From a virus (Duplodnaviria > Caudoviricetes), in the IMG/VR virus record IMGVR_UViG_3300016669_000013, positions 1 to 46,985 of that record: a stretch of DNA of 46,985 bases. One strand, 5' to 3'. The notes below the pieces were generated by a model. That model did not search any database and was not told where the DNA came from. It saw only the letters and a program-made list of their open reading frames with translations. This document shows positions 26,070 through 36,277 of this stretch, piece after piece. Numbering within the stretch: position 1 is the first letter of the stretch; every line of letters begins with the position of its first letter. The position numbers and the translations under genes were made by a program.

Positions 26070-27703
26070 GACTGGGCTCCTGCCGGTTCACGATTGCCTT
26101 CCGAAGCAGCGCCATCTGGCCCTGCTCCCCCACTCATTCGTTCGAATGGATTTGGAAGGCCGCTGTCTGTGAGAGTTTTCAGCTCGCGAGCGCGCTGTGC
26201 AGCGGTTTCTTCCCAGTCTCGGCCATATTCGGCGCATTCGTCGGAAAGTGACGAGACGCCGACCTCGAGCCGAACTTTCGATGCCATCGCGCTCTTGTAG
26301 TCGTCGGCCGAAGGTTTTGCCGGCCCCTGCCACTCCGTCCAACAGACCCGGTCGCGGTTCGCAGCAAAAGCCCGATAACCACCCTTGAACGGGATTTTGC
26401 CGAGCGCGATCTTTTCATCCAGCCAGCTTTCGTAAACACCCTGACAGAACGGTGCGACAATCCGTTCCCGACGACGCTGCGCGATCGGCCAAACCGTCGA
26501 GGTAGCAACGCGCACTGACGAATAGGTCGCCTTCGAGAAATCCATGGAGAAGCTCTCCATGGTGACACCAAGGCGCCGTGCCATTTCCCGCTGCAGGTTC
26601 TGGCTGAACGGGATGTACTGTGAACCCGGCGTTTCGGCTGTCTTGAACACCAGCTCCTCACCGGGACCCATGTGAGCGATCCGAGCAGAGTCGGACAGGT
26701 TTACGCCGCCGCTCTTTAGAGCTTCAAATCGTTGCCCCCAGACGTCGATGAAGTCTTGCGCCAGGTCGCCAGCCCCTTCGATGCCATCCGTGTCGGCCAA
26801 CGTCTGGATCGCCTGGAACGCTTGCTCGCTTGGCTCCGGGCTTTTGATGACCGCGGCGAAGATCGTCTGGAGCAAAGCTGTCGCAAGTGTGGCATCCGCA
26901 AGTTGATCGCTCTGAGCAATAACTTTGAGGATAGGCGCCATAATCGAAATTCCGCGCGCACTATCCGGATTGTCGCCCCGATCCATCATATGGAGGACTT
27001 GAGGCAAGCCGTTCTGCAGGTAGAAGGGCAAATCGTATTCGGTATCGAGGCCACCATCCCTGCGCATGAACCGGCAATGGGTTGGCCGGCCGTTGGCATC
27101 GTGGAAAATACCGCCGTCAAGTCCCTCAAATTCCCGCGTCGTGTGTGGCACACGATGCGGAGCGACAAGAGTAACTTTCGTTCCAGTCTGAAGGCCGTAG
27201 GCGATACGCTGGCGCTCAGTCAGGAAAGACAGAATGCCGAAGGCCTCGCCGCCACCGATGAAGTAGCGCATCAGGCCGTCGCACATCTCCGCAAGTGTTG
27301 CTTTTCCTGCAAGATCGAACTCGCGGGGGTTCCACACATGCTGGCGCCACTCGGCCTCAACAAGCTTGCACCAATCGGATCGCTCCTTTTCGGTATAGCC
27401 CAGGCGCAGAATATCGGGCCTTGCGTTCAATTTCACTTCCGTACCGATCGTATCAACGATCATCTGGTCGCAAGCGCCGGCAATCCACCCGGAGTTTTGC
27501 ATGAAATCAAACGCAAGTGCTGATGCGCGCCACGCCGCCTCTCGAACATCGGTACCGCCATCGCGACGGATCGCCCGACGCATCGACAGGACTCCGGTCT
27601 TATCACGATTGAGGTAACGCATTTCAGCCGGCGAGCGTCCCACAGTCTTCGCAACCGTAAGCGAACTGCCGGCTTGAACGCGAAAGCGAGGCTTGTCGGA
27701 CAT
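26066..27703 (-). CDS. Portal protein, lambda family
   Basis: QNSGWIAGA, ARGISIMAPIL, DFSKATYSSVR, GRDWEE. Confidence 0.95.
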   Translation of the reverse strand: MSDKPRFRVQAGSSLTVAKTVGRSPAEMRYLNRDKTGVLSMRRAIRRDGGTDVREAAWRASALAFDFMQNSGWIAGACDQMIVDTIGTEVKLNARPDILRLGYTEKERSDWCKLVEAEWRQHVWNPREFDLAGKATLAEMCDGLMRYFIGGGEAFGILSFLTERQRIAYGLQTGTKVTLVAPHRVPHTTREFEGLDGGIFHDANGRPTHCRFMRRDGGLDTEYDLPFYLQNGLPQVLHMMDRGDNPDSARGISIMAPILKVIAQSDQLADATLATALLQTIFAAVIKSPEPSEQAFQAIQTLADTDGIEGAGDLAQDFIDVWGQRFEALKSGGVNLSDSARIAHMGPGEELVFKTAETPGSQYIPFSQNLQREMARRLGVTMESFSMDFSKATYSSVRVATSTVWPIAQRRRERIVAPFCQGVYESWLDEKIALGKIPFKGGYRAFAANRDRVCWTEWQGPAKPSADDYKSAMASKVRLEVGVSSLSDECAEYGRDWEETAAQRARELKTLTDSGLPNPFERMSGGAGPDGAASEGNREPAGAQS

Positions 27704-27707
27704 CCTG

Positions 27708-29702
27708 TCAATTCCCGTAAGCGCCCCATCTGCTGCGGCGACGTTCCTTTTTCGGCAGCTCCGTCTTCACGGGCTTCACCACATCAACCGGCCCGGTAGC
27801 CGCTATCGCCTGGTGGCTGTCAGGGGATAGCAAGTCCGTCGCGATCTCCGGCTCCCGCTGCGCGCGCAGGCGTGCCCAAGCCTCCTTCGTCATGGTCGAG
27901 AGGCCAAGGTGCTCGGCCATGGCCATCGCGTAGATCCGGCAATCTAGAAAATGGTTGTCGGGTCGGCGCTTCAGCCATTCCTCGTGAAGTTTCCCTTTCA
28001 CCAGGGTCTGCTTGAAATACTCCGCGGTGATTTGCTGGAAGTATTCCTCGCCAAGTTCCTTGTGAAAATGACAGTAGCCAGGCGGGTCGGTGGCTTCACC
28101 AGCCGCCAGTCCGATCTTGTAGAGGTTGCCGTAGAACTCTGCCTTCAGCGGCCAGGTCCCGACCGGCCAGCTTCGTGCTGATCCGAACCGCTTCTTCTTG
28201 CCGCGCTTGTTGACTGACTTGTTCGACGGCGCGCTGATCGCGGGAACGCCCCGACCTTCAACACCCTTGATCGCATAGGCGTTCGGATGACGACGGCACC
28301 ATTCCAACACTTGGTTGGTGCGATACCCGCTGTCGACTGCAAGAGCCTCGATCTTCCGCAGCACACCATGGGCGTCGGAGAACTCACTGGCGAAGAACTC
28401 CTCAAGCAGGACCCACGCACCTTGCTGGGGATTGTCTGTTGCGCCCTCAAAGAACTCGGCGAAGACATTCCAAGTCTGGCGATCCTCAGAGAAAGCCACG
28501 CCTTCACAAAAGATACCGTATCCTTGGACGTCGGCGCCCGCTGTAAACAGCAACCCACCTGCGGGTATGACGTTCGACTGGTAATCTTCCCGCCGCTCCA
28601 TCAAACGCTTGTGGTCGGGTGCATTGCCTTTCATCTGGTAAGGCAGCGCCAAAACCAGATTGTGGTAGTCCTTCGCCCCGGCCTCACCTTTGGCCTCAAA
28701 GTTGATCTTGTCCTCCGCGATCGCTTCGTAGGACATCATCAACGACATGAAGGCATCGACGTTGAAGCCAGGATGCCTGTCAGGCCCCTCGGCGGTAGCG
28801 ACGTAGCGGCCAGCTCTTACGGCTGCAACCCGCTCCAATTCAGAGATGTGGTGCCCACAGTATGGGCACGCCAACGTGGTTTTATGCGGCTGCTTACGAT
28901 CGATCCGCAAATAGTCGTCAGATTGGACAAGTTCGTGCTGGCACTCCGCACAACGGACATTCCAGAAACGTTTGTCTGATCGCCGGAAAGACCGATCAAT
29001 GCGGCAGTGCCCTGGGCCCTCGCCAAGTTCGTCGCCGCTATCAAGCTCGGGCGTGGAAAGCTCGAAGATCTTGAAGCTCTTCTGCCGGCGGAAAGCGGTG
29101 AAGCGACCGAAGAAGAGGTTCTCAGGGTCAGCGCCGTTCGGCAGCTCTTGCCACTTCGATACCTCATCCTTCACGCCATACCGGGTGGTTTTGGCCGAAA
29201 GGTCCATGACCGTGTTGGCGTTGGCGAGATAGATCGCGCCGCCAGGGAACTTCTTCTCGTACGTCGTCGACCCGTCGCCACTCCGCTGTGTGGTCGGATA
29301 GATAACTGCTTTACCAGTTTTCTTCTGCCACTCGTCGATCAACGGTTGCATCTTGCCGGAGTTGATGTCGCGTAAGGCATCGAGACCCGGGACGCCGTAG
29401 AGCGCATTGTCCGGGCAGACCTCAGAGATGTAGAGCATCCAGGCCAAGCCGAGGATGGAAACACCGGTCTGTTGAGATTTCCGGACCGTCACCAGGTTGC
29501 TTGGATGCTCTTGGCTAAGGCATTCGGCAATCTCGATCAGGTAGGGCGCGTCTTCAGCCGACCAGAATTCCCCCTTCTTCGGCCCGTCGACCAGCACAAT
29601 GTTCTTCGTGAGCCAAAGCGGAAACGGTACGGGCGGCTGCGGCCGGATCGCGCCCGCCAGAACCGACGAGACGATCCGAAGCGCGCCAGGATGGACTGTC
29701 AC
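27708..29702 (-). CDS. Terminase large subunit, lambda gpA family
   Basis: KSQQTGVS Walker A variant, KDEVSKW, LSTP, TAGADVQ, AVDSGY, NHFLDCRIYA. Confidence 0.95.
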   Translation of the reverse strand: MTVHPGALRIVSSVLAGAIRPQPPVPFPLWLTKNIVLVDGPKKGEFWSAEDAPYLIEIAECLSQEHPSNLVTVRKSQQTGVSILGLAWMLYISEVCPDNALYGVPGLDALRDINSGKMQPLIDEWQKKTGKAVIYPTTQRSGDGSTTYEKKFPGGAIYLANANTVMDLSAKTTRYGVKDEVSKWQELPNGADPENLFFGRFTAFRRQKSFKIFELSTPELDSGDELGEGPGHCRIDRSFRRSDKRFWNVRCAECQHELVQSDDYLRIDRKQPHKTTLACPYCGHHISELERVAAVRAGRYVATAEGPDRHPGFNVDAFMSLMMSYEAIAEDKINFEAKGEAGAKDYHNLVLALPYQMKGNAPDHKRLMERREDYQSNVIPAGGLLFTAGADVQGYGIFCEGVAFSEDRQTWNVFAEFFEGATDNPQQGAWVLLEEFFASEFSDAHGVLRKIEALAVDSGYRTNQVLEWCRRHPNAYAIKGVEGRGVPAISAPSNKSVNKRGKKKRFGSARSWPVGTWPLKAEFYGNLYKIGLAAGEATDPPGYCHFHKELGEEYFQQITAEYFKQTLVKGKLHEEWLKRRPDNHFLDCRIYAMAMAEHLGLSTMTKEAWARLRAQREPEIATDLLSPDSHQAIAATGPVDVVKPVKTELPKKERRRSRWGAYGN

Positions 29703-30304
29703 CGTTCTTCGTCCTCAAGCAGCTCGTCGGTTTCAGGGGCAGACAACGCCATTTCTGCGAGTTTGTCGGCCATCTGGTTTCCGATCTCGAACGCGATCTG
29801 GCGAAGCAGAACCCGAACGCCATGAACGCCCTCTTTCGAAACTGCCATCGCAATATCGTCGGCTCTGTTTGGCAGCCGCCGAATGATCGCTTGTAACTCA
29901 GCACCCGCGCTGGATAGGGATGCGTCGATCCGATCCCGCCGGACTAGCTGGCCACAGTCTTCCTGATGCCGGATCTTCTCGCGGCCGACCTTCAGCCACT
30001 CCGACTGGCGGCGCGCTTCCTCGAAAGTATCGCTCGGATCGATCGGGTTGCGCGCTTGCCCTGCGGCCGGCGTCACATCAGCAGCTGTCCGTATCGGCGC
30101 AGTTGCCTTTGCCGGGTTAGTGAAACGCTGTCGGTAGTGATCGTAGTGCGCGAGGGAAACCCTCATCACCTGACCCTGCCCACCGCGCTCAAGCGGCGTA
30201 TCCGGACTAACCTCGACGAGCTTTTTGACTGTCTTCGAAACAGCCGCTTTCGACACGCCGTCGCGAGCTGCGATCTGCGTGATGCTCCACATGACGTCGG
30301 ACAT
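29699..30304 (-). CDS. Terminase small subunit
   Basis: N-terminal HTH (SITQIAARDGVSKAAVSK); coupled to terL. Confidence 0.85.
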   Translation of the reverse strand: MSDVMWSITQIAARDGVSKAAVSKTVKKLVEVSPDTPLERGGQGQVMRVSLAHYDHYRQRFTNPAKATAPIRTAADVTPAAGQARNPIDPSDTFEEARRQSEWLKVGREKIRHQEDCGQLVRRDRIDASLSSAGAELQAIIRRLPNRADDIAMAVSKEGVHGVRVLLRQIAFEIGNQMADKLAEMALSAPETDELLEDEER

Positions 30305-30344
30305 GAAACCACTTCCGTCTTGCCGCCAAGACCAAGAAGCGGCG

Positions 30345-30391
30345 CGTTAACTCCGTCAACCGGTAGCGTTAACCTCGTTAACCCCGTTAAC
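30345..30391. repeat. Five CGT(T/C)AAC repeats upstream of terS (putative terminase-binding sites)
   Basis: Copies start at 30345, 30354, 30367, 30376 and 30385. Confidence 0.7.
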
Positions 30392-30435
30392 CCAATGTTT
30401 TACCGTCTAAAACTGGCAGTAATCTGCGCTCCGCC

Positions 30436-30514
30436 GGGACCGTCTAGCATGGAAAACTGGGTACGGTCCCTAAACCGGGGGGCTACCCCCCCGGGGGTCG
30501 AGGGGGCGGAGGGG
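30436..30514. other. Candidate cos/packaging-initiation region
   Basis: Inverted repeat GGGACCGT-N19-ACGGTCCC (30436-30470), then CCGGGGGG-CTAC-CCCCCCGG hairpin and G-runs, just upstream of terS. Confidence 0.5.
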
Positions 30515-31057
30515 TCACCCGGATCGGCCGAGGAGGAAGGCAGCCTGCTGGAGGATGTTCTGAGCAAACTCACCAGCAGCGATCTCCGCGAGCAAGTCTT
30601 CGTAGTCTCTCGGTGTACGCTGGATTGCATTGGCAGGGCTTGGTCCGAACATCATCTGCGTTGGCAAACGAGCGGCAGTCTGTCTCTGCAATACCAGCCC
30701 TGCGGCAGCCTTCGAGTTTTTGCGGGCGATAAATGCACCCTCATACCGTCCGCGACCACGGACATACACGCCGTAACCGCGTTGGCTCGCGCCGATCTCA
30801 CTGAGAGGAATATTCGTTGAACGTACGGAGAGAACGACGTCCGCTCCTACCAGCGTAGATCTCATACGCTGGCGAACCAACCTCTGAGATATCTTAAGCA
30901 CCTTCGATGCAAAGCGAGCATAGTCTCGCTCTACCGCACCTCGTGCTCGGGCAGCTGCTCGCCTGAATGCGACCTTCTGCAATTCCTGCGGCATGGCCGC
31001 GTAGATCTTCGCGACCCTCGCAAAGTCAGAAGCATCGAATTTAAACTCGACACTCAT
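30515..31057 (-). CDS. Basic phage protein (minor tail gpZ-like)
   Basis: Start MSVEFKFD; Arg-rich; GAFIA...RLPTQMMFGPS. Confidence 0.7.
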   Translation of the reverse strand: MSVEFKFDASDFARVAKIYAAMPQELQKVAFRRAAARARGAVERDYARFASKVLKISQRLVRQRMRSTLVGADVVLSVRSTNIPLSEIGASQRGYGVYVRGRGRYEGAFIARKNSKAAAGLVLQRQTAARLPTQMMFGPSPANAIQRTPRDYEDLLAEIAAGEFAQNILQQAAFLLGRSG

Positions 31058-31112
31058 GCGGGTGTCGCCATTACAGCGACAGAGTTCATGGCGGCCTCCA
31101 TCATCTGGAAAC

Positions 31113-31146
31113 AAAAAACCCGCCAAGCGTTTCCGCCAGCGGGTTT
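31113..31146 (-). terminator. Rho-independent terminator ahead of the late genes
   Basis: Minus strand AAACCCGCTGGCG-GAAA-CGCTTGGCGGGTTTTTT. Confidence 0.7.
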
Positions 31147-31217
31147 ATCTAACCTTTTACAGTGTTCTTAAGATGCACCAAATGTCAGTCGCGCCGCAAG
31201 TGGGTCGCGGAAATATA

Positions 31218-32018
31218 TCACATAACGTTTTCAATAGCTTGGATTTCAGTCTGATTTCTTCCGGTCCGAGCCCACGGCGCCCTGTCAGGGTTGAACGGCA
31301 GCAAATCATGGCCAGTAAGACGGTCGTCAAGCACTTCATGGAGTGCCTCAAGCGACGATTGCCAGATTTGCCAATCGAGGCGAGACATGACCGCGGACAC
31401 GATCGATCCCTCCAAGCGATGTTTGTTGTAGGCATCTTTGGCCGGCCGGCGCTTCCGGTAATCAAACCCGTCGACCTCCCGCATTTCCATGCGACCAAGA
31501 CTGTTCATCATGCTGCGCTTGACGAACCAAGATGGATCCTTCCCATTATTGCTGCAGACGATCGTCTTCGGTTGGGTGCCGCTCCAGTCCGGACCGCGCT
31601 TGAGGATAGCGCAGCTTGTCACCAGTGCGACGATCTGCTGGCCATTGAGGCGAGGGTTTCTGGCAGAGATGAGGTCAGACACAACCCTCTCCACTTCCGC
31701 TGCTACAAGACCATGCTCGTCAGGCCAGTCCGGGAATGGGTTCCAACCTACAGCCACCTCGAAGTTTCGGGATCTCAGTTCTCGAACGGCTTCGCCGACG
31801 ATAGTCGCGTCTGGGTGCGGCTCACCTTCGTAGGAGAATAACGGAAGCACACCGAAAGCGTTCGGGCTGCGGTCGACCAATGTGCCCAGGACTGACATTT
31901 CCGCGTAGGCCCCGGAGCTGGAAGCCATGAATGGTCCACTACCTTCAATCATACCGGCTTTGGGCAATTCGTCACAGAAGGCCCAGATCAGCAATTCAGC
32001 TATGCCGATTTTCTTCAT
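31218..32018 (-). CDS. Phage hypothetical protein at the late-regulator position
   Basis: AAGGA RBS; 266 aa; between origin and late genes; function inferred only from position. Confidence 0.65.
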   Translation of the reverse strand: MKKIGIAELLIWAFCDELPKAGMIEGSGPFMASSSGAYAEMSVLGTLVDRSPNAFGVLPLFSYEGEPHPDATIVGEAVRELRSRNFEVAVGWNPFPDWPDEHGLVAAEVERVVSDLISARNPRLNGQQIVALVTSCAILKRGPDWSGTQPKTIVCSNNGKDPSWFVKRSMMNSLGRMEMREVDGFDYRKRRPAKDAYNKHRLEGSIVSAVMSRLDWQIWQSSLEALHEVLDDRLTGHDLLPFNPDRAPWARTGRNQTEIQAIENVM

Positions 32019-32040
32019 TTTCAGTTCCTTTTAGCGTTCT

Positions 32041-32414
32041 GGACAGATTGGACAGGAAAGGTGTTCCGAAAGGACAGATAAAACACCCATTTGGACAGTT
32101 AAAATGAAGCAATTTCAATGGATGGACAGAAAGGACAGATAGTTCTCGCTTTATGTAATGAGGATGCCTCGGCCTTTTACCTTAACCATTCGGCACCTTA
32201 CTTTTCACGCGCGCTTGCGCACACGTCACGGAAAAGCCGAAACTATCTGTCCATGCTGTCCGAGATCGGTAAGTATCTGTTTTAATATTATCATTCCCCA
32301 CACCCATCGCTCTTCTAACTGCCCTTCGGCTAAGTCTTGCTGTCCTAGATGTCCAACCCTGACCCTTCGAATGGATCAGAAATGCAGATTTCACGAGGCC
32401 TGCCCTGCCTGTCC
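32041..32414. repeat. Putative replication origin: convergent GGACAG / CTGTCC iterons
   Basis: GGACAG at 32041, 32050, 32072, 32093, 32124, 32133; CTGTCC at 32247, 32256, 32340, 32409; directly downstream of the helicase. Confidence 0.75.
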
Positions 32415-32438
32415 GGCAAAGGGTCCGGGTAAATTCCA

Positions 32439-34247
32439 TCATAGATCCTCCGGGAACGGCTCATCTGAAGCGAACCGACCAGAAGGCGGACCGTCGCCGG
32501 AATGGTCACGCCGGAATTCCTCGCGAACCGATATGCCGAGGTAGACGGTACCGTTCGACCGAGTTCGCTTGAACTGGCACATCAGCCCCTCCAGACCTTT
32601 CCAGCTCTTGCGTGTCTGGTCAGGTAATCGCCGCGTGAAGGTGGGCTGACGGAATTCGGCCAACCCTTCACGCTTTGCGTAGCGGACGTATGCGTTGAAC
32701 AGCTCCTCCGGTGTTTCCCGGTCCGCCTCTTTACCCGTCACATGGCACGCATTCCTTATGAAGGCGCCGATCGGGTCACTCTCTTCTCGATACTCGGCAG
32801 TTGCGGCCCTGACACCAGCCGGCACATTCAGGCCAGTCTGAAGATATTCGAGGGCGCCTTTCACCATCCACGCGAAAATGCCCGCCTTCTCCGCACGGAG
32901 CTTGCGAGGAAGGTCTCTATCAACTTCATCCTCCGGTATCTGGATCTCCCACGGAACCAGGTGCACACGCCGCCAGATGCCATCGCTGTCGTCTCTGATG
33001 ATCGGCTTATGGTTTCCTGAAAGGATAATCTTGAACTGTGGGATCAGCTCGAAGAAGTCTTTGTGCAGACGGCGGACAGCGATGGGCTCACCGCCGGTTA
33101 GCGTCTTGATCAACGCATCCTTAAGATGGACGCCCATCTCAGGCTCCGCTGCGGCAACAAGCCTGGCGCCCGGAAGGCGGGCAAGGTCTGGCGTTGCCTC
33201 GGATCCTCCCCTTTTACTGTCACCTGCAAAGCTGTCGATGGACATAGACACGGCATAGTCCGAAAGGATCTCGACCATCAGATCCATGAATGTGGATTTG
33301 CCGTTTCGGCCCGCACCATAGAAGAACAGGAGGCATTGCTCGGAAGTGACGCCAAGAAGGCAGTAGCCGAGATATCGCTGCAGGAAAGCCCGATAGTCCG
33401 GGTTCGGCATAACGCGCTGCATGAACTGTTGGAAAAGGTGGCAGCCGGATTTCGGATCGAAATCAACTTCAGCCAATTTGGATATAAGGTTCAGGGGGCT
33501 ATGTCGGTCTAGGCGCACCTGCCATTTTCCTAGCCCGTCCACCTCCGAGCAGAAAAAGCGAAGCGTTCCGGTCCTGCAATTGACCGCATGCAGATCGATG
33601 TTCATGTCGTCGACGTCGAGAGAGCAGTAAGGAATGGATTCCTTCAGCATATTGTCGATCTTTGAAGTACCAGCCGCGCTTTTAGCGTGAGCATGGCGCG
33701 ACGATATCCGCCCCGATCGATCCTTTTCGACCTTGGCCATAGCGTCGACATCTTGTTGGAGCCGCTCGAGCTCGACGAGTTGCTCCGAGGTCCATTCTTT
33801 CCCCGGCTTTCCCATCTTCTTGATTGCCTCACGCGCTAGGCGGCCGGCCTCGATCTTCGCCTGCTCATCTGGGCTGCAATCCAGCTTGATGGCTTCATCG
33901 TCGATGAATTCGGCCGTCCGGTGCGCGAACTGGCGCACGACAGCGCCCGATACATCTTCCAGCCAACGGCGACCGTCGTATCCATGCCATCCGATATTGT
34001 TCACATGCCGCATCCGATCGCCGAAGCGAATCAGCATTCGCGTTCCATTTCCGATATCGGTCTCAGGCTGTGCAGCGCATTCATCTAGAAGTTCTTCGGA
34101 CGACAGCGCCGCGGACTGTTCTTCCTCAACAGGATTCGAAACTGGCAAAGGGTCCGGGTTCTCCCGGTATGCCGCGCGCTGCTGCTCGACTTCGGCAATT
34201 GCGCGTATGACGTCATCGGGCACGCCAGTCTTTTTGTCTTTCGTCAC
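32439..34247 (-). CDS. P4-family primase-associated D5-like SF3 helicase
   Basis: FFYGAGRNGKST Walker A, LARLPGARLV, IKTLTGGEPI, DDSDGIWRR; probable GTG start at 34247. Confidence 0.92.
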   Translation of the reverse strand: MTKDKKTGVPDDVIRAIAEVEQQRAAYRENPDPLPVSNPVEEEQSAALSSEELLDECAAQPETDIGNGTRMLIRFGDRMRHVNNIGWHGYDGRRWLEDVSGAVVRQFAHRTAEFIDDEAIKLDCSPDEQAKIEAGRLAREAIKKMGKPGKEWTSEQLVELERLQQDVDAMAKVEKDRSGRISSRHAHAKSAAGTSKIDNMLKESIPYCSLDVDDMNIDLHAVNCRTGTLRFFCSEVDGLGKWQVRLDRHSPLNLISKLAEVDFDPKSGCHLFQQFMQRVMPNPDYRAFLQRYLGYCLLGVTSEQCLLFFYGAGRNGKSTFMDLMVEILSDYAVSMSIDSFAGDSKRGGSEATPDLARLPGARLVAAAEPEMGVHLKDALIKTLTGGEPIAVRRLHKDFFELIPQFKIILSGNHKPIIRDDSDGIWRRVHLVPWEIQIPEDEVDRDLPRKLRAEKAGIFAWMVKGALEYLQTGLNVPAGVRAATAEYREESDPIGAFIRNACHVTGKEADRETPEELFNAYVRYAKREGLAEFRQPTFTRRLPDQTRKSWKGLEGLMCQFKRTRSNGTVYLGISVREEFRRDHSGDGPPSGRFASDEPFPEDL

Positions 34248-34248
34248 G

Positions 34249-35499
34249 TCAGTTCCCCAATGCCAGTTTCTCAGCCCCAAGGCTGGCGAAATCCGCCCCT
34301 GCAGGTGGCCATAGTGTGTGGATAGAGCGGCCCTCCAGGGCACACCGAACGGCGGCACGCTTCATTGCGGCCACCGTGAAAACAACTTCGCTATCGCCGT
34401 CGGCGAGATGGATCAGGTCGTCGACATGCGGCGGCACCTGATAGGCGTCGGAGGTTGACTGACCGGGCTTCGGGACAATGCCCGGCACCCGCACCGGCCG
34501 AGACCGGCCGCGCTTGTCCGTTACTCTTTGAGATGGGTGGTTGAAGGCGCTCTTTGGGTCCGCAGGCCCCGCCAGGTTTCCGAGATCGCCCGTAGCAAAA
34601 TAGAACGTGTCCGGCCTGAAGCCGTCAAAGCCGGCGAAGGCGAGGACAGTCTCGATGCCCTCGCCACCAACCCAGCGCGTGGACGGCAGATCGCCGCACA
34701 CAGGGATCAACGATCCCTTTTTGGTGCCGCGCATCTTCTTTGTGGGAAGCGGGATGTCGTCATTATCGCGGCCGAGGTCGGGCCTGTATTTCGGACCATT
34801 CGACAGGTCGATCCATGTCTCGTGACAGCCGGTGATTTTACCGGCCGCATCGACGAAGGGCGCAATCATCGCGTACCCGACATAGTGAGACGTTGGATTT
34901 CCACGCTCATCATTCCCATGCCAGTAGGTCCGCCGCGTAGCAAAGCGAATGTTCTCAAAAACCGTGTCAGGGATCACGCAGCCTGTGCGTAGACGCAGAT
35001 ATTCCCGTAGAGGCCGATCATCGTCATGCGGTGCGACGGTTGCGCCGAGATATATTCCGCGAGCCTTCCGCACCTCTTTCTCTCGAAATGCATCCTGCTT
35101 TTTCTGCCGTTCCGCCGCATCATATTCGGCCTTCTGCAGATCAAGCTGCAAACTGGCCTCTCTTCTGGCACGGGCCGCCGCAGTCTCGCGCTCTGCCCCA
35201 TCAGGAACCGGTTTGCCGGACAGGAAAGCCGACGCCTCCAGAAGCTCCGATCTCGAATGCAAATCGTATTTCAACACATGCGCGACCAGGCTGAGGCCAT
35301 TGCGACCACCAGCATCGCAACCTCGGCAAACCCACGCGTCCTTGCCAAGGTTGACCGCGAAGCGATCCTTGCCACCGCATCGGGGACACGGCCCACCCTG
35401 ATCCACCTTTTTCGGCAACTTGAGGCCGAGGGCGTTTACCGCTGCGGAAACCGGCAACAGCTGCGCAGCCTTGATGAAAGCCGACATTTCTTCGCTCAT
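34249..35499 (-). CDS. P4 alpha-type Zn-ribbon primase (TOPRIM-like)
   Basis: GPCPRCGGKDRF...WVCRGC; GGEGIETVLA; LADGD. Confidence 0.85.
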   Translation of the reverse strand: MSEEMSAFIKAAQLLPVSAAVNALGLKLPKKVDQGGPCPRCGGKDRFAVNLGKDAWVCRGCDAGGRNGLSLVAHVLKYDLHSRSELLEASAFLSGKPVPDGAERETAAARARREASLQLDLQKAEYDAAERQKKQDAFREKEVRKARGIYLGATVAPHDDDRPLREYLRLRTGCVIPDTVFENIRFATRRTYWHGNDERGNPTSHYVGYAMIAPFVDAAGKITGCHETWIDLSNGPKYRPDLGRDNDDIPLPTKKMRGTKKGSLIPVCGDLPSTRWVGGEGIETVLAFAGFDGFRPDTFYFATGDLGNLAGPADPKSAFNHPSQRVTDKRGRSRPVRVPGIVPKPGQSTSDAYQVPPHVDDLIHLADGDSEVVFTVAAMKRAAVRCALEGRSIHTLWPPAGADFASLGAEKLALGN

Positions 35500-35840
35500 C
35501 TCCGCGCCCCTTCTCTTTGCAACGATTGCTGCGAGAGTGCCGCGGACGGGACATCGGCACGCAGTTCAGCCAGATCGCGGTCGTTAGCGATCCGCAGCTG
35601 GCCCTTGACCGTGAGAGCCTGCAAAACCAGGTCGAGATTTTCCGGCCAAATTGGGCGATTGAGAGCGATAAATGCCGTCCCTCGCGACCAGCCGCGCAAA
35701 TGATAGGGGTCGCAGACAAAGCGCATTCGATCGACCTTCAGGAAGTCCAAATCGAATGTTTTAGCGGTTCGGTAGCACTCCATCTTGGAAGCACCGATGA
35801 TGAGAACGAGTCGCACGCGCTCTTTCATGATCAGATCCAC
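35496..35840 (-). CDS. Phage hypothetical protein
   Basis: Coupled ORF in the replication operon. Confidence 0.65.
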   Translation of the reverse strand: MDLIMKERVRLVLIIGASKMECYRTAKTFDLDFLKVDRMRFVCDPYHLRGWSRGTAFIALNRPIWPENLDLVLQALTVKGQLRIANDRDLAELRADVPSAALSQQSLQREGARR

Positions 35841-36277
35841 TTCGACTGGCTGGGGAACCGCTTGACGGTCGACCTCTCGATCGCTCGCTGCGCTTTTTGT
35901 GCCTGGACGATTTCGTCAAACGTGATGACGCTGTCAGCGTCGGCGCTTTCCAGAAGTGCAGCCTTCAGCAATTCGCGCTCCGCAGCGTCGCGCTTCTCAA
36001 GCCACGCTGTGACACGATCGAAATGACGTTGAAAATCATCATCGAGCTTCACCGCCTGGCGGCGCTCACGCCACGTATGTTCAGCCAGCGTGACGAAGCC
36101 GGCTTTTTGGAACCAGATGGCCATGCATGGTGCGCCGTCCTCGATCTGGCCAACTTCCTGCCAGTCGGTCATCACAAGAACCCAACCCGGGAGTTGAGAG
36201 AGTGCCATTCCGAAGATTGCCGGGGCAGCCTTTTCGGCGTTGTCGGTCACGATGACGAGGCGGATCGGCTCACCCAT
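35831..36277 (-). CDS. Phage hypothetical protein
   Basis: Coupled ORF in the replication operon. Confidence 0.65.
   Translation of the reverse strand: MGEPIRLVIVTDNAEKAAPAIFGMALSQLPGWVLVMTDWQEVGQIEDGAPCMAIWFQKAGFVTLAEHTWRERRQAVKLDDDFQRHFDRVTAWLEKRDAAERELLKAALLESADADSVITFDEIVQAQKAQRAIERSTVKRFPSQSKWI

Noticed and set aside
32041-32414. CRISPR-like array
   Set aside because: The repeats are only 6-12 bp, irregularly spaced and in both orientations, with no cas genes; an iteron origin explains them better.
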